A DNA stretch of 64,000 bases from Heterodontus francisci (lineage: Eukaryota), in contig NC_090373.1 of the NCBI RefSeq assembly GCF_036365525.1, forward strand, positions 52,977,339-53,041,338. The letters run 5' to 3'. Below are positions 51,372 to 64,000 of this stretch, in pieces (position 1 is the stretch's first letter; the number at the start of each line of letters is the position of its first letter). The notes under the pieces are model-generated. The model had not been told where the DNA came from, did no database searches, and worked only from the letters and a program-made list of their open reading frames with translations. The position numbers and the translations under genes are program-made.

Positions 51372-53119
51372 AGTCCACTTTAACCCTTTTGATTGTTCAG
51401 GTATGACCTCACCCTCTATACATTGTCTCCTCTTGCTTAGTTTATAGTAGACAGATTACAGCTGATATGGCCCTTCCCTCTGTACATTGTCTGTGCAGAT
51501 AGCTTGATGGCCCGAGTCATTGTCACACAATGGGGAATGTTTGCTGTCCCCATCAACATTCCAGTCTTGAATGGTCCCTGAATATCTTATCGCTGAATAT
51601 CTTTATTTGCATTATAATCCTTATGGGGCCTACAAGTCTATCCCTTATTGTGACTGAGTCTATCTTAATTGAAATGCAGAATGGGCAGTTATCAAGACAC
51701 CCAGTCTCATAGCAAAGCTATTTCTGCTATTGTCGTGACAGTAAACACCATCTCCCACCATCTCCCCACTACAGTATACAAATATGCATTTCACATTTAA
51801 CGACATGATTCTAAACGCAAAGTCCATAACTTAGTTCTAATCGAATACATTGATACATATACAAAATATAACTATTCCCGAGCATAACGTAACATCACTT
51901 CAAATCGTTCTACTTTAAAACATAGCATCGCATGTGAGTTTGTATCAGGCCATAATTTACATAGATTCATCCAACAGATAAAACATGGCAGAGGTTAACC
52001 TCTTAGTTCCTACAGGGGAGCGGGCGGGAAAGTGGAGTTGCGGCTGAGTATCAGCCATGATCATTTTGAATGGTGGAGCGGGCTTGAGACACCATATGGT
52101 CTACTCCTGCTCCTTTTCCTTATGTTGTTATATCCTAAAGATGACTTTGTGTCAGTACAAATTTACATGCCTGATGACCTTGGTATAGATTGCCAAATGA
52201 ACTTGGTACAGAACGACAAATAATAGAGTTCTGATTTTTGACCCCAGAAACAGTCGATGAGTGGTGTAGGCTTATTCTCTCTGGAATTTAGAAAAACGAG
52301 AAGTGATCGCATTGGAACATGTACGATTCTGAAAATGTTTGACAGGGTATCTGTCTCAGGATAATAGCTCAGCCATTTTGGACTGAGATGAGGAGAAATT
52401 TCATCACCCGGAGGGTTGTGAATCTTTGGAATTTTCTACCTGTGGATGCTCAGTCATTGAGTATATTCAAGGCTGAGATTGACAGATTTTTGGACTCCCA
52501 AGGGATATTGGGATGGGCAGTCATGATCTTATTAAATGGTGGAGCAGGCTTGAGGGGCTATATGACCTACTCCTGCTCCTATTTCTTATGTTCTTATAAA
52601 ACAATCTATGATTAGACACTGCCCTATATCATGGGGTAGAGTTTCTGCTTGGTTGTGCTGGGTAGTTTGACGTAATTCACCTGAAACGGGCATTATTAGT
52701 GCAAAAGATTGATGAATTCTAGGTGCAAATTATGCCCAGCACGAATTGAGTATCTGTGGATCTTCTGTGCTAATTAAAAAAAAAACATCATCCTGGAATC
52801 AGGCACCCACCCACTACAAAACTGGCCACCCCCCCTCCCCCGATGAGTTAATCACCATTGGGAATTTCCGCTAATTGCACTGTCATTGGCTTTTGAGCAC
52901 GCTTTAGAAATTAAGCTGGTTCTTTTGGGTGGTAGGACGCTAATAGGAATGTTTTAAAAAAGCTTTTGAATTTGTTTTTTAAGTGTACTAAGAAACGTAC
53001 TACTGCACCTCAATATAATTTAGGATATGGTTTTGTACATTTTTTTTGTCATTTTCAGTCATTCTAAATGGGGTTACTTGCAGGTGGTGGCTTGACACTG
53101 ATTAAAATACTTCTTTTCT

Positions 53120-54772
53120 GTGATAATATGGCAGACAGCTGGTTTAGCCAGTCATTGCTGGATCTGGCTGGACTTTATAGAGCACTCTTGGGTCCTGGTT
53201 TCGTCTGCTAAAATTGCTCACTATTCCAGGATCATCCTGGAATGCAAAGATAACCCCCGGCTTCTTTTCTTTACTGCAAACTGTCTTCTTAAACTCCTCT
53301 TCCCTGTCTCCTCACCCTCACCTCCAATAATAATCATGGACTTCGCTATCACTAAGATCGAGACCAGTCGATCAACTGCCTCTGCCGCAGCACTTGCTTC
53401 CACTTGCCCACCAGGCCAAACTTCCTTTAAAGATCCCCCTCTCCAAAGTCCTTGTATGCGTTGTCGCCTCCCAAATTCATGCCCATCTTTCCCAGAACTC
53501 GATGTTTGAATCTGTCCAATCAGATTTTCGACCCTGCCACAGTACTGAAATGGCTCTTTTCAAACTCACAAATGACATTCTTTGTGACTGTCACATAGGT
53601 AAACTTTTCCTCCTCATCCTTCACCACCTGTCTGCAGCCTTTGACATGGTTGACCACACCATCCTTCTCCAATGCCTCATCGCTGTTGTCCATCGCTGGG
53701 TGGGACTGCTCTTACCTGGTTCCATGCTTATCTATCCAATCACTTGTAATGGCTTCTCTTCCTGCTCTTGCACCATTACCTCTGGTGTTCCTCAAGGATC
53801 TATCCTTGCTCCCCTCATATTTCTCGTCTACATGCTGCCTCTTGGTAACATCATCTGAAAGCACGGCGTTAGTTTTCATATTTCTGCTGTGACACCCTGC
53901 TTTGCCACACCACTACTTCTTTCAACTCTTCCACTGTTGCTAAATTATCAGACTGTTTTTATCCGACATCCAGTACTGGATGAGCAGAAATTTCCTCCAA
54001 TTAAATATTGAGAAGACTGAAGCCATGGTTTTTGGTCCCCACTCCAAACTCCATTCCCTAGCCACCGACTCCATCCCTCTCCCTGGCAACAGTCTGAGAT
54101 TAAGTCAGTCTGTTTGCAACCTTGGTGTCATATGTGACCCCGAGATGAGCTCCAACCACATATTTATGCCATCACTAAGACTGCCTGTCTCGGCTCATCT
54201 GCTGCTGAAACCCTCATTCATGCCTTTGTTACCTCTAAACTTGACTATTTCAATGCGCCCCTGGCTGGTCTCCCACATTCTACCCTCTGTAAACCTGAGA
54301 TCTTCCAAAACTCTGCCCGTGACTTAACTCACAGCAAGTCCCATTCCCCTGCGTTCGCTGACTTACATTGTTCCCGGTGAAGCAACATCTTGATTTTAAT
54401 ATTCTTTATATTTGTTTTCAAATCCCTCCATGGCCTCGTCCCTCCCTATCTCAATAATTTCCTCCAGCCCCACAACCCTCCGATATCTGTGCTTATCTAA
54501 TTCTGACCTTTGGAGCCGATTTTAAAAGCTCCACCATTGGTGGCTGTGCTTTAAGCTGCCTAGGCCCTAGTCTCTGGAATTCCCTCCCTACACACCTCCA
54601 TTTCTCTATCTCTCTTTCCTCCTTTAAGATGCTCCTTAAAATTTACCTCTTTGACCAAACTTTTGGTCATCTCCTTATGTGGCACGGTGTCGTATTTTGT
54701 TTTATAATGCTCCTGTGAAGCTCCTTGAGATGTTTTATTATGTGAAAGGTGCTATATGAATATAAATTGTTG
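53120..54772 (+). mobile_element. L2 LINE RT remnant
   Basis: QSDFRPCHSTEMAL, LSAAFDMVDH, GVPQGSILAPLIF, NFLQLNIEKTE. Confidence 0.9.
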
Positions 54773-54939
54773 ATAAACCCATTTTCCAGCTGTTTTAATT
54801 AAGTTACCGCTCTTCAAGATATTACAAAATGTAAATTTTTGAAATAAATTATGTTTTAAAATGCTGCCTGGTTACACTGGTTCCTGGGAGATTTTGTGTT
54901 TGCTGATATGCAATGAAAGATGAAGAGAGACTGGGTGGA

Positions 54940-55390
54940 TGTAGATTGATTCCTGGAATGAGAGATCTATCCTATGAGGAGCGATTGAGTTGGTATTCTC
55001 TGGCGCTTAGAAGAATGAGAGCTGATCTAATTGAAACTTACAAAATTCTTAGAGGATTTGACAGGGTAGCTACTGAGAGGCTGTTTCCCTGGTGTAGAGT
55101 CTAGAACTATGGATCATAGTCTCAGGATAAAGGGTCAGCCATTTTGGACTAAGACCAGCAGGAATGTCTTCCATCAGAGGGTTGTGAATCTTTAGAATTC
55201 TCTACCCCAGAGGGTTGTGGATGCTCAGTTGTTGAGTATATTCAAGGCTGAGATCGATAGACACTTGTACTCCTGAGGGAATTGAGGGATACGTGGATTG
55301 GGCAGGCAAGTGTGTTGAAGTTGAAGGTCGGCCATGGCGGAGCAAGCTCGAGGGGCCATATGGCCGACTCCTGTTCTTATGTTATGTTAA
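54940..55390 (+). mobile_element. CR1 3' fragment
   Basis: RRMRADLIETYKILRG. Confidence 0.8.
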
Positions 55391-56864
55391 GAGTGGATAA
55401 GTATGCAAAAACCTGTGGGCTATCAGTCTGTTCTATATAACTTGAGGAGACACTGCATTATTTAGGCTAAGATTAGAACATTGAGTTTCAATATAAACAT
55501 TAGGTCCATTGGTAAAGACTTATGATACAATGCTTTGTGAAATGCTAAGAACACTTAAAAAGGCTAAACTCATTACAATGACTGGGAAAACTGTGCGCAG
55601 GCTGCAGGGGTGACTTTCTGTAATATAGAAGCAGCACACACTGTCATATTTTGAAAAGGTAATTCTGAAAGAAATGTGGAGATTCAATGCAGTTCCTAGG
55701 ATAAAAGTAGCGAGGGGCCAGCTATCCAACTGTAATAGGGAAAAAGACTGACTGCTTTGTAGATTTCTTTCAGAGACCTCCTGGGTAGAAGCAAGTGACT
55801 TTTCTTGTATGCAAGAGTGCCCTCAGGTGGCTATTCTCAGTATTGCATTGTCAGTGCCACACTATCTTTGCAGACTTTGTGAGTTTATTTTCTATATTTT
55901 CAGACATGCCATTCTCTGGCTGATGGTGCAATGGTTCCACATTTTTTTTGAACAGCTACCATAATTTTTGGGGCATTGGATCATTTCACTGCCTCTCATC
56001 ATTTTCCTGCTTGTCACCACATATCAGCAACAAATAAGTAAATGACGTGCTGCATGTAATCTCGTGAGGGGAATTGTGTAACCGAGCCTCCTGAGAATAA
56101 AGCTGGTGTAGAGCAGCAAAGCAAGTATTGTGATTGACAGGAGATTAGCCGGGAGGCTGCTTTGGCAGATAAGTTGCTTGTTTGTTTGAAGCTAAGAGTA
56201 GGAGTTATGGCCCCATGGGAAAGCTGTAATTGAAAAACTATCCTGTAACCTTTAATGCCTTGTTGGGTAAAATGAACCTACCTGCCTTACAGGTCTTCAT
56301 TTTTTAGTTTTAAAATGTAGGAATCTATTATTAAATTGTTCAAAATCAGGGTTTTAAAATTCTCATTCAAATTGTTGATTTGCCCCCATGAGCAATTTCC
56401 TGAAATTCTTTCAATTTTTGTATATTGCAAGATTTGGTTCATTTTCAGTTTAGATGAAAATAATAGAGTACTGTCTAGGAACTTTTTTTTTCTTTTGATC
56501 CTCTTTTTCTAGAAAAAAATATGAAAATGTTATTTATCAATCAGGGTTTCCACTTGTGACTCCTATCTGAGGTTGGGTGAGGACTGGATCAGGCTCTGAC
56601 GTGATGTCTCTGCTCTTTCCACATTTCTCTCCCATCCTGTGATTCATTTAGTTCCAGTGTTCGAATAGGACTATTGTGCACAAAGCCCACAAGGGCCAAG
56701 AAAGCAAAGAGTTTCATAATACAGCCCTTTCTGAAGTTCATCTTTAATAACTGTATTGGCTTGAGAAGCAACCTAATTTGTTCAAGGCTAATTTTCAGGG
56801 CCACTTTTGCTGTGCTAATGCGTAGTTTCTTTGATGGATATAAAGAAAGTATGCAGCAAAAGTG

Positions 56865-57212
56865 AAGATGATTAAACAGGGTAGATGTTGAGAAGATGTT
56901 TCCACGAGTGGGGGAATCTCGAACTAGGGGACATAATTACAGAATAAGGGGACATTCATTTAAAACTGAGATGCAAAGGAATTTCTTCTCTCAGAGGGTG
57001 GTGAATGTCTGGAATTCTCTACCCCAGAGAGTTGTGGAGGCTGGATCACTGAACGTATTTAAAGAGGAGGTAGATGGATTTTTGAAATATCGAAGTTGAG
57101 GGCTATGAGGAGCTGGCACGAAAGAGGAGTTGAGGTCTGGGGCAGATCGGCCATGATCTTATTGAATGAAGGCTTGAGTGGCTGAATAGCTTACTCCTAT
57201 TTCTTATGTTAT
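56865..57212 (+). mobile_element. CR1 3' fragment
   Basis: RTRGHNYRI..RNFFSQRVVNVWNSLP. Confidence 0.8.
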
Positions 57213-57487
57213 TAATCAGAATTTGTTTCCCACATTTCATACAGTAACGAGAAAATGTTTTTAGAAGATTTTTTTCATTGAATGGCCTCCTTCTGTGCTG
57301 TGGCCATTCAACCCATCGTGTCTGAGTCAGCTGTCTGCAAGAGCAACTCAGCTGGTCCCACTCCCCCAACCTTTCTCAAGTAGCCCTGCAAATGTTTCCA
57401 GCTCAGGTGCTTATCCAATTCCCTTTTGAAAGCCACAATTGAATTTACCACCACCACACTCTCAGGCAGTGCATTCCAGATCCTAAC

Positions 57488-57702
57488 TGTTTATTGTATA
57501 TTAATTGTGTTTTAATTGTAAGCAGGTGGTGGGTATTAACTGGGGATTCACTTGTGCTCCTATAAATAGGAACAGATGGAAAATGTGATGGTTGGGTTAG
57601 GAGGTGCATGTTTGTAATGTGTATCTCTAAATAAAAACTTATAAAGGTGTGTAAAGATTGGCTCAGTTCTATCCTTCATCTCTGGATTTCTGGAATACAA
57701 CA
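57488..57702 (+). mobile_element. Short solo LTR
   Basis: TGT...ACA, 215 bp, internal TATAAATAG and AATAAA; interrupts a CR1; TSD degenerate. Confidence 0.55.
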
Positions 57703-58442
57703 TTAGCCACTCATCGTGTGTAAAAAAAAAAAGTAGTTTTTCCTCTGGTTGCTGTTGGTTCTTTTGCCAATCACCTTAAATTGGCGTCCTCTGGTTCTCG
57801 ACTGCTCCACCAATGGAAACAATTTCTCCCTATCTACTCTTGTCTAGTACCCTCATGATTTTGAACACCTCTATCAAAGCTCCTCTCAACCTTCTCTAAG
57901 GAGAACAGCCCCAGCTTCTCCAATCTATCCACATAACTGAAGTCCCTTATCCCTGGAACCATTCTTGTAAATCTTTTTTGCACCCTCTCTAAGGCCTTCA
58001 CATCCTTCCTAAAGTGGGGTGTCCAGAATTGGACATAATACCCCAGCTGAGGCTGAACCAGTGTTTTTGAAAGATTCATCACAACTTTCTTCCTTTTGTA
58101 TTCCATACCTTTGTTTATAAAGCTCAGGATGTCATATGCCTTTTTAACCACTTTCTCAACCTGCCCTATCACCTTCAACGATTTGTGCACATATACCCCC
58201 AGGTCTGTCTGTTCCTGCAACCTCTTTATAACTTTACCCTTTATTTTATATTGCCTCTCCTCATTCCTGCTACCAAAATGTAATCACTTCACACTTCTCT
58301 GTATTAAGTTTCAACTGCCATATGCCTGCCCATTCCACCAGTCTGTCTACCTCCTCTTGAAGTCTATCACTACCCTCCTCACAGATCACAGTACTTTCAA
58401 GTTTTGTGTCATTTGAAAATTTTGAAATTGTGCCCTGTAATC

Positions 58443-58793
58443 GGGGCAGCATAGTGGCGCAGTGGTTAGCACCGCAGCCTCACAGCTCCAGCGACCCGGG
58501 TTCGGTTCTGGGTCCTGCCTGTGCGGAATTTGCAAGTTCTCCCTGTGACCGCGTGGGTTTCCTCCGGGTGCTCCGGTTTCTTCCCACATGCCAAAGACTT
58601 GCAGGTTGATAGGTAAATTGGCCATTGTAAATTATCCCTATTGTAGGTAGGTGGTAGGAGAATTGAGGGAAGGTGGGGATGTGGTAGGCAATATGGGATT
58701 CATGTAGGATTAGTATAAATGGGTGGTTGATGGTTGGCACAGACTCGGTGGGCCGAAGGGCCTGTTTCAGTGCTGTATCTCTCTATGACTCTA
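58443..58793 (+). mobile_element. HE1-like V-SINE
   Basis: Full tRNA-like head, V-domain, CR1 tail; TSD TAATC. Confidence 0.9.
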
Positions 58794-60869
58794 TAATCCC
58801 AAGTCTAGGTCATTAATTTATATCAAGAAAAACAGTGGCCCTGGACCGACCCCTGGGGAACCCCAGCGTATACCTTCCTCCAATCTGAAAAACAACCGTT
58901 CATCGCTACTCTCTGTTTCTTGTCATTCAGCCAATTTCATATCCATGCTGCCACTGTATCTTTTATTCCATGGGCTTCTACTTTGTTGGCAAGCCTATTA
59001 AGTGGCACTTTAGCAAATGCCTTTTGGAAGTCAATATATACACCAACCACATTCCTCTCATTAACCCTCTCTGTTAACTTCATCAAAAAACTCAAATCAA
59101 GTTAGTTAAACATGATTTGTCTTTAATAAATCCGTGCTGGTTTAATTAATCCACACTTGTCCAAGTGACTTTTAATTTTGCCTTGGATTATCATTGCTAA
59201 AAGCTTTCCCACCACAGGTTAAACTGACTGGCCTGTAGTTGCTGGGTTTATCCTTACAGTCTTTTTTGAACAAGGGCGCAAAACATGCAATTCTCTAGTC
59301 CTCTGCCACCATCCCCATATCTAAGGAGGATCAGAAGATTTTGGCCAGTACCTCTGCAATTTCCACCCTTACTTCCCACAGGATCCTCAGATGCTTCTGA
59401 TTCAGTCCTGGTATTTTACCTACTTTAAGAAGAGCCAGCCTTTCTAATACCTTCTCTTTATCACCTTTTAGCCTACCCAGTATCTCAACTACCTCCTCTT
59501 TCACTATGACTTTGGCAGCATCATCTTCCTTGGTAAAGACAGATGCAAAGTATTCATTTAGTACCTCTGCCATGCCCTCTGCCTCCTTGTTTAAATCCCC
59601 TTTTTGGGCCCACCCTTCCTCTCAGTACCATTTTACTATTTATATGCCTATAGAGACTTTTGAAGTCTCATTTATGTTATCTTTTCATACTCTCTGCCTT
59701 TTTCACATCCCCTCTGAACTTTCTCAGCCTAGTTCTCACGTGTATTATTGACCTGACATCTGTTATACGCACCCTTTTTATTCTTTCATGGGATGTGGGT
59801 GTTGCTGGGAAGGCCAGCATTTGTTGCCCATTCCTAACTCCCCTTGACAACTTAGTGGTTTGCTAGGCCATTTCAGAGGGCAGTTAAGAGTCAACCACAT
59901 TGCTGTGGGTCTGGAATCACACGTAGGCCAGACCAGGTCAGGATGACAGATTTCCTTCCCTAGAGGACATTAGTGAACCAGATATGTTTTACGACAATCG
60001 ACAATGGTTTCATGGCACCGTCATGGAGCCTAGCTTTCAATTTCAGATCTTTATTAAAAAAACTTAAAATTCCACTGGCTCCCGTGGTGGGATTTGAACC
60101 CATGTCGCCGTTTAGCCTAGGCCTCTGGAATATTAGTTCAGTGACACCACCATCTTCCCATCATCTTCCTCTATCGCGTTTGTCATCCAGGGTGCTCTGG
60201 ATTTGGTTTCCTTATTGTACCTGAACTACCTCTTTAAAGGCTGCCCATTGTTCTGTTACAGTTCTGCCTGCTAACTTTTGATTCCAATTTACCTGGGACA
60301 GAACCATTCTGACCCTTCTAAAATTGGCCCTCCTTCAATTAAGTATTTTTTACTCTGAATTGTTCCCTGCCTATTTCAATAGCTAACCTACACTTTACAC
60401 TTTGATCCCTGTTCCTTAAATGTTCCCCTATTGACACTTGATCCACCACATTGCCCAGACCCAGATCCAGCAATGCCTTCTTCCTTGGAAACAAACTGAT
60501 CTAGAAAATTCTCCTGGACACACTTCAGAAACTCTTCCCTCTCTTTGCCTTTTGCATTATTACCAGCCCTGTCTATATTAGGATAATTAAAGTCCCCCAT
60601 TATCACTACTCTATAGTTTTGCACCTTTCTGTAATTTCCGTGCAGATTTGCTCCTCTATATCTTTCCCATTAGTTGGTGGCCTGTAGAAGACACTCTGTA
60701 GTGTAATGTTTCTTATCTCTAACCAAATAGATTCCTTCCTTGACCCCTCTAGGACATCGTCTCTCTCCAGCACTGTAATATTTTTCTTAATGAAAAATGT
60801 TACCCATCCTCCTTGTTTTCCTTCCCTATCTTTCCTGAACACCTTATATCCCGGAATTTTTTAATACCC

Positions 60870-60995
60870 TTCGGTCACAGACCTGAAACATTAACTCTGT
60901 TTCTCTCTCCACAGATGCTGCCAGACCTGCTGAGTATTTCCAGCATTTTCTGTTTTTATTTCAGATTTCCAGCATCTGCAGTATTTTGCTTTTGT
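60870..60995 (+). mobile_element. Penelope terminal-repeat fragment
   Basis: ggtcacagacctgaaacattaactctg...cagtattttgctttt. Confidence 0.75.
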
Positions 60996-63900
60996 ATTAC
61001 TGTCCTTTTTTGAGACAGGTCTCCATTATTGCCACATCATATTCCCATGTGGCTCTCCTGCACCTGCAGCTTACCAACTTTATTTACCATGCTTTGTGTG
61101 TTAATATACATGCACTGTAAACCTAATTTAGACCTTATTGCATTCCCTCTTACTCTGACCCCAACTAATACTTTGCTATTTCTGACTCTAGTGCTAGCTG
61201 TCTCTCCTAATCCTTTGTGCACCTTGTTTATCCTTCCTAATGCTACATCCTGGTTCCAGTACAAATATGAGGCTGAAGAATTATCTGGGGAAAGTTGTTT
61301 TGTAGTGGACTATGATCATAATCATACTATTTTATCCCTATTTGCCATCTATTTGTAAATGCCTTAAAAGAAACTCGTTTTTTGCCCCATAATTTTCTTC
61401 TTGTTTCCCTTTCTCCAACCCCCGCCCTTCCATTTTTTGAAGAGATTGGCAATCCTTCATTACCTCACCAAGTTGTCGCCCTTCATATATGAGCTCAGAA
61501 TAAGACTGTTGTTAGGTTCTTCAATCATGTAGACATTGCAGGCTAGTGTGATCCTGTCTTGAAGTGTCAGTTTTCCCTACAACAGTTGTTACACAAAACT
61601 ACTTCACTGGCTGTGAAAAGCCTTGGGATATCCTGAAGCATGATATAAAAATGCAGTGATGTGTACCCCAAACCACTTTGCAATATTCATAAGATCATAA
61701 AGAATAAAAGCAGCAGTGGACCATATTGCCCCTTGTGCCTGCTCTGTCATGCAGTAAGATCATGGCTGATTTACCTCAATTCCACTTTCCCACTCTATCC
61801 TTTCTTGCCCAAAAATATATTGATTTTAGTCTTGAATATACTCAATGACTGGCCCACTGAGGTAAACAGTTCCAAAAATTCAGAGCTGTGGAATGATGGG
61901 TGAGTGCTGAACCAATTCCTGATCTACTCCATTCCCAGCTCAAGATGCTGAACAAAGGCTGTGGTGTTTCCTTGTGGGGAAAGAAAAGGTTGAAGGCTGG
62001 AGAGTTGCGTATTGGCAGTCCGAAGCAACCAACCATAAGGGGTATTGGAAAAGGTTAGGGAAAAAAGAAATCTTCCTAGATTCTTGGCGGGACAGTTGTC
62101 AGGGCCAGATGGGAGATGATATATTCTTCAATAATGACTGTAAAAAAATAGAAAAGTTAATTGTTCAGTGTCAATATTGCTGCTCCTTTGCTTTATTGAT
62201 CGATTATTTTTGCTGTGAATCTGATGCATGCAATTCATCTAAAAAAAAACTCAAAGAACAATTGTGACACACATACAAAATGATGGTGTTCAGTGAGGTT
62301 CAATAAGGTTGAGAATATTTCGTTGGATGAGTTCCAACAACAGCAAACTTGCATTTATATGGCACTTTTAAACATAGAAAAACATTCCAAGGCACCGTGC
62401 AGAAGCACAGTCAGACAAAAATAAAAACTTACCCGCCCTACCCTACCCCACGCCGCCAAAAAAAAACTTGAAATCTTCCCATGCCTGGTCACAGGGCACC
62501 GAGCCAATTAGGGTTGCTATTTGCAATGGCAGACAACAATCTTCATGAGCAGAGACATGTGGAAGGTAAACTCCAAGAGAGAGGGTGTTGAGTTTCTATA
62601 GTAACTGTGCATTGATTATGGACAATTTGTAATGGTACTCAGACACATTTCAACTTGGAAAGTCTTTCTTCACTTCCTCCTGTATATGTGAATTACTCGG
62701 CTAATGACCTGCAATCCTACAGCCAGAAAAATCCATCTTTTTTCCTTTTATCTCAGGCAAGGCAATTCCCTACTCTATAATGGCAGCGGCCATTTTAAGA
62801 GGAATTGTCCTGTGATTTCACAAAGTTGTTCACTTAGACATTAATTATATTACCGAGCTAGTCTCCCTACAAACCATTTTTCCTCTCAATGAGGTATACT
62901 ATTTCCTTGTTATTTTTCTCACAAGTCTAAGAAAAGTACGGTACGTGGCAGATGAGGAAGATGCCAAGAATTCTGGGAAATCAAGTAAAAATATCTGACT
63001 TCAGACTTTTAAAAAAAAACTTCCATTATTTTTCTCATTTTTCTCCTCTCTTCTCCCCAGCTTCATGACTCGTGCAGGGTTATGGTTCCACAGATATCCT
63101 CCGGTCCTCATCTTTGCCTAGATGATGAATATCAGTAGGCCATTTGACTATAAAGGGCATCACAGCTGAGCTTGATCAGCATATTAGTTTTCAGCAGAAG
63201 GTCACTGGACAGTTATCAGAAGCAGAACCCCTCAATTATTTTACCTCACTATAGCCTGGGATGCTGAAGCCAATTGTAATACTTCAATTATGAGAATTCA
63301 GCACAGAACCCATCAACCTAAGAACCCATCTGATCTTAATTTTAGGCCGAGTGATGATTTTAACCTCTAGCTGACTGGGGGAAGCTAGGATATTTTAATT
63401 AAAAAAAAATTACTGGAATTTATTCACTTTTAAATCTAGCAAATTAAAAACATTTACACAACATTAATGGGCTCGGTTTTAGAGTTTTAACTTTTCACCC
63501 TGTTCTCATTATCTTTTATGTCCAGTGTTATAGAGTGCTTTGTTTTAGTTTTCTACTGGGACATTGTATACAGACAGTGCATTAGTTCTTAAATGTCTCA
63601 AAGGAAGAATGAATTGGGAAGTTCTTTATCATCTGATAATCTGAAAATGGTGTCCTGTATTTCTAGACTTCCTCGCACTCACATTGCTCCTATAAGTTTT
63701 ATGTTCTGCGTGTATGCAGGGAAAAGCCGAATGCCTTACAGGCACAACTATACAACACAGTCGAAGCTTGACTGTGGTCTGGGAGTTCTGAAAATATTAC
63801 CATGGGGGCGGGGAAGACCCCTTAAACATAAGATGATGGGGAAAACAGTAGTTCAATCCAGATAATGTTACTAGAACTTTGCACCATGAAAAGCCAAGAA

Positions 63901-64000
63901 AATGTCAGTAAAACCCTTGGTAATTTGCCTGACAGAAAAAAAAAAATCAGCTTGACCACCCTGCTGCAAGGGAAATCACAGAGAGTTTGCTGCTATTCAT

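Larger units (their letters stand above)
50229..52014 (-). mobile_element. Solo LTR (~1 kb excluding the nested Penelope)
   Basis: TGTAAGA...TCCTACA termini, 4-bp TSD GGGG, minus-strand AATAAA ~50315-50320. Confidence 0.75.
48920..52125 (+). mobile_element. CR1 ORF2 remnant hosting a nested LTR
   Basis: VDVVYLDFQKAFDKVPH; tail resumes at 52015. Confidence 0.85.
57290..61260 (-). mobile_element. CR1 ORF2 remnant with nested insertions
   Basis: APE (VIMGDFNYPNID, FYRPP) through RT C-terminus (ALERVQKRFTRMVPG). Confidence 0.9.

Noticed and set aside
52135-52185. DDFVSVQIYMP resembles COLEC11 DDACSVQILVP
   Set aside because: Directly preceded by a CR1 tail, with no signal peptide, no GLK or splice donor and no collagen exons; likely chance
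55520-55729. Minus-strand ORF ending VIVMSLAFLSVLSISQS, like a signal peptide
   Set aside because: Stop codon follows immediately, and the orientation is opposite to that expected for COLEC11
61880-62267. 97-aa plus-strand ORF
   Set aside because: The opposite strand shows SGPDNCP-type LINE RT remnants; old LINE fragment

Overview
Eukaryotic (cartilaginous fish, probably shark) genomic DNA, judged from HE1-like V-SINEs, HER1/CR1 LINEs and a SacSINE1-like DeuSINE. It holds one complete host gene, RPS7 (+ strand; non-coding 5'TOP exon ~12289-12314, six coding exons 13061-24791, 194 aa). A divergent CpG promoter at 1-260 probably starts RNASEH1 (- strand, inferred from synteny). The rest is mostly decayed, often nested mobile DNA: Gmr1-type Gypsy elements lacking RT, solo LTRs, CR1/L2/RTE LINEs, Penelope fragments with minimal hammerhead ribozyme motifs, a PIF/Harbinger remnant and hAT MITEs. 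The most interesting items are a non-autonomous Gmr1-derived family with a shared extra coding segment, the Penelope hammerheads, a local duplication bracketing the last RPS7 exon, an 85-bp CGCG-motif tandem repeat in RPS7 intron 1, and a CR1 with an apparent 5' inversion. All analysis was by eye. Repeat boundaries are approximate unless a TSD is given.
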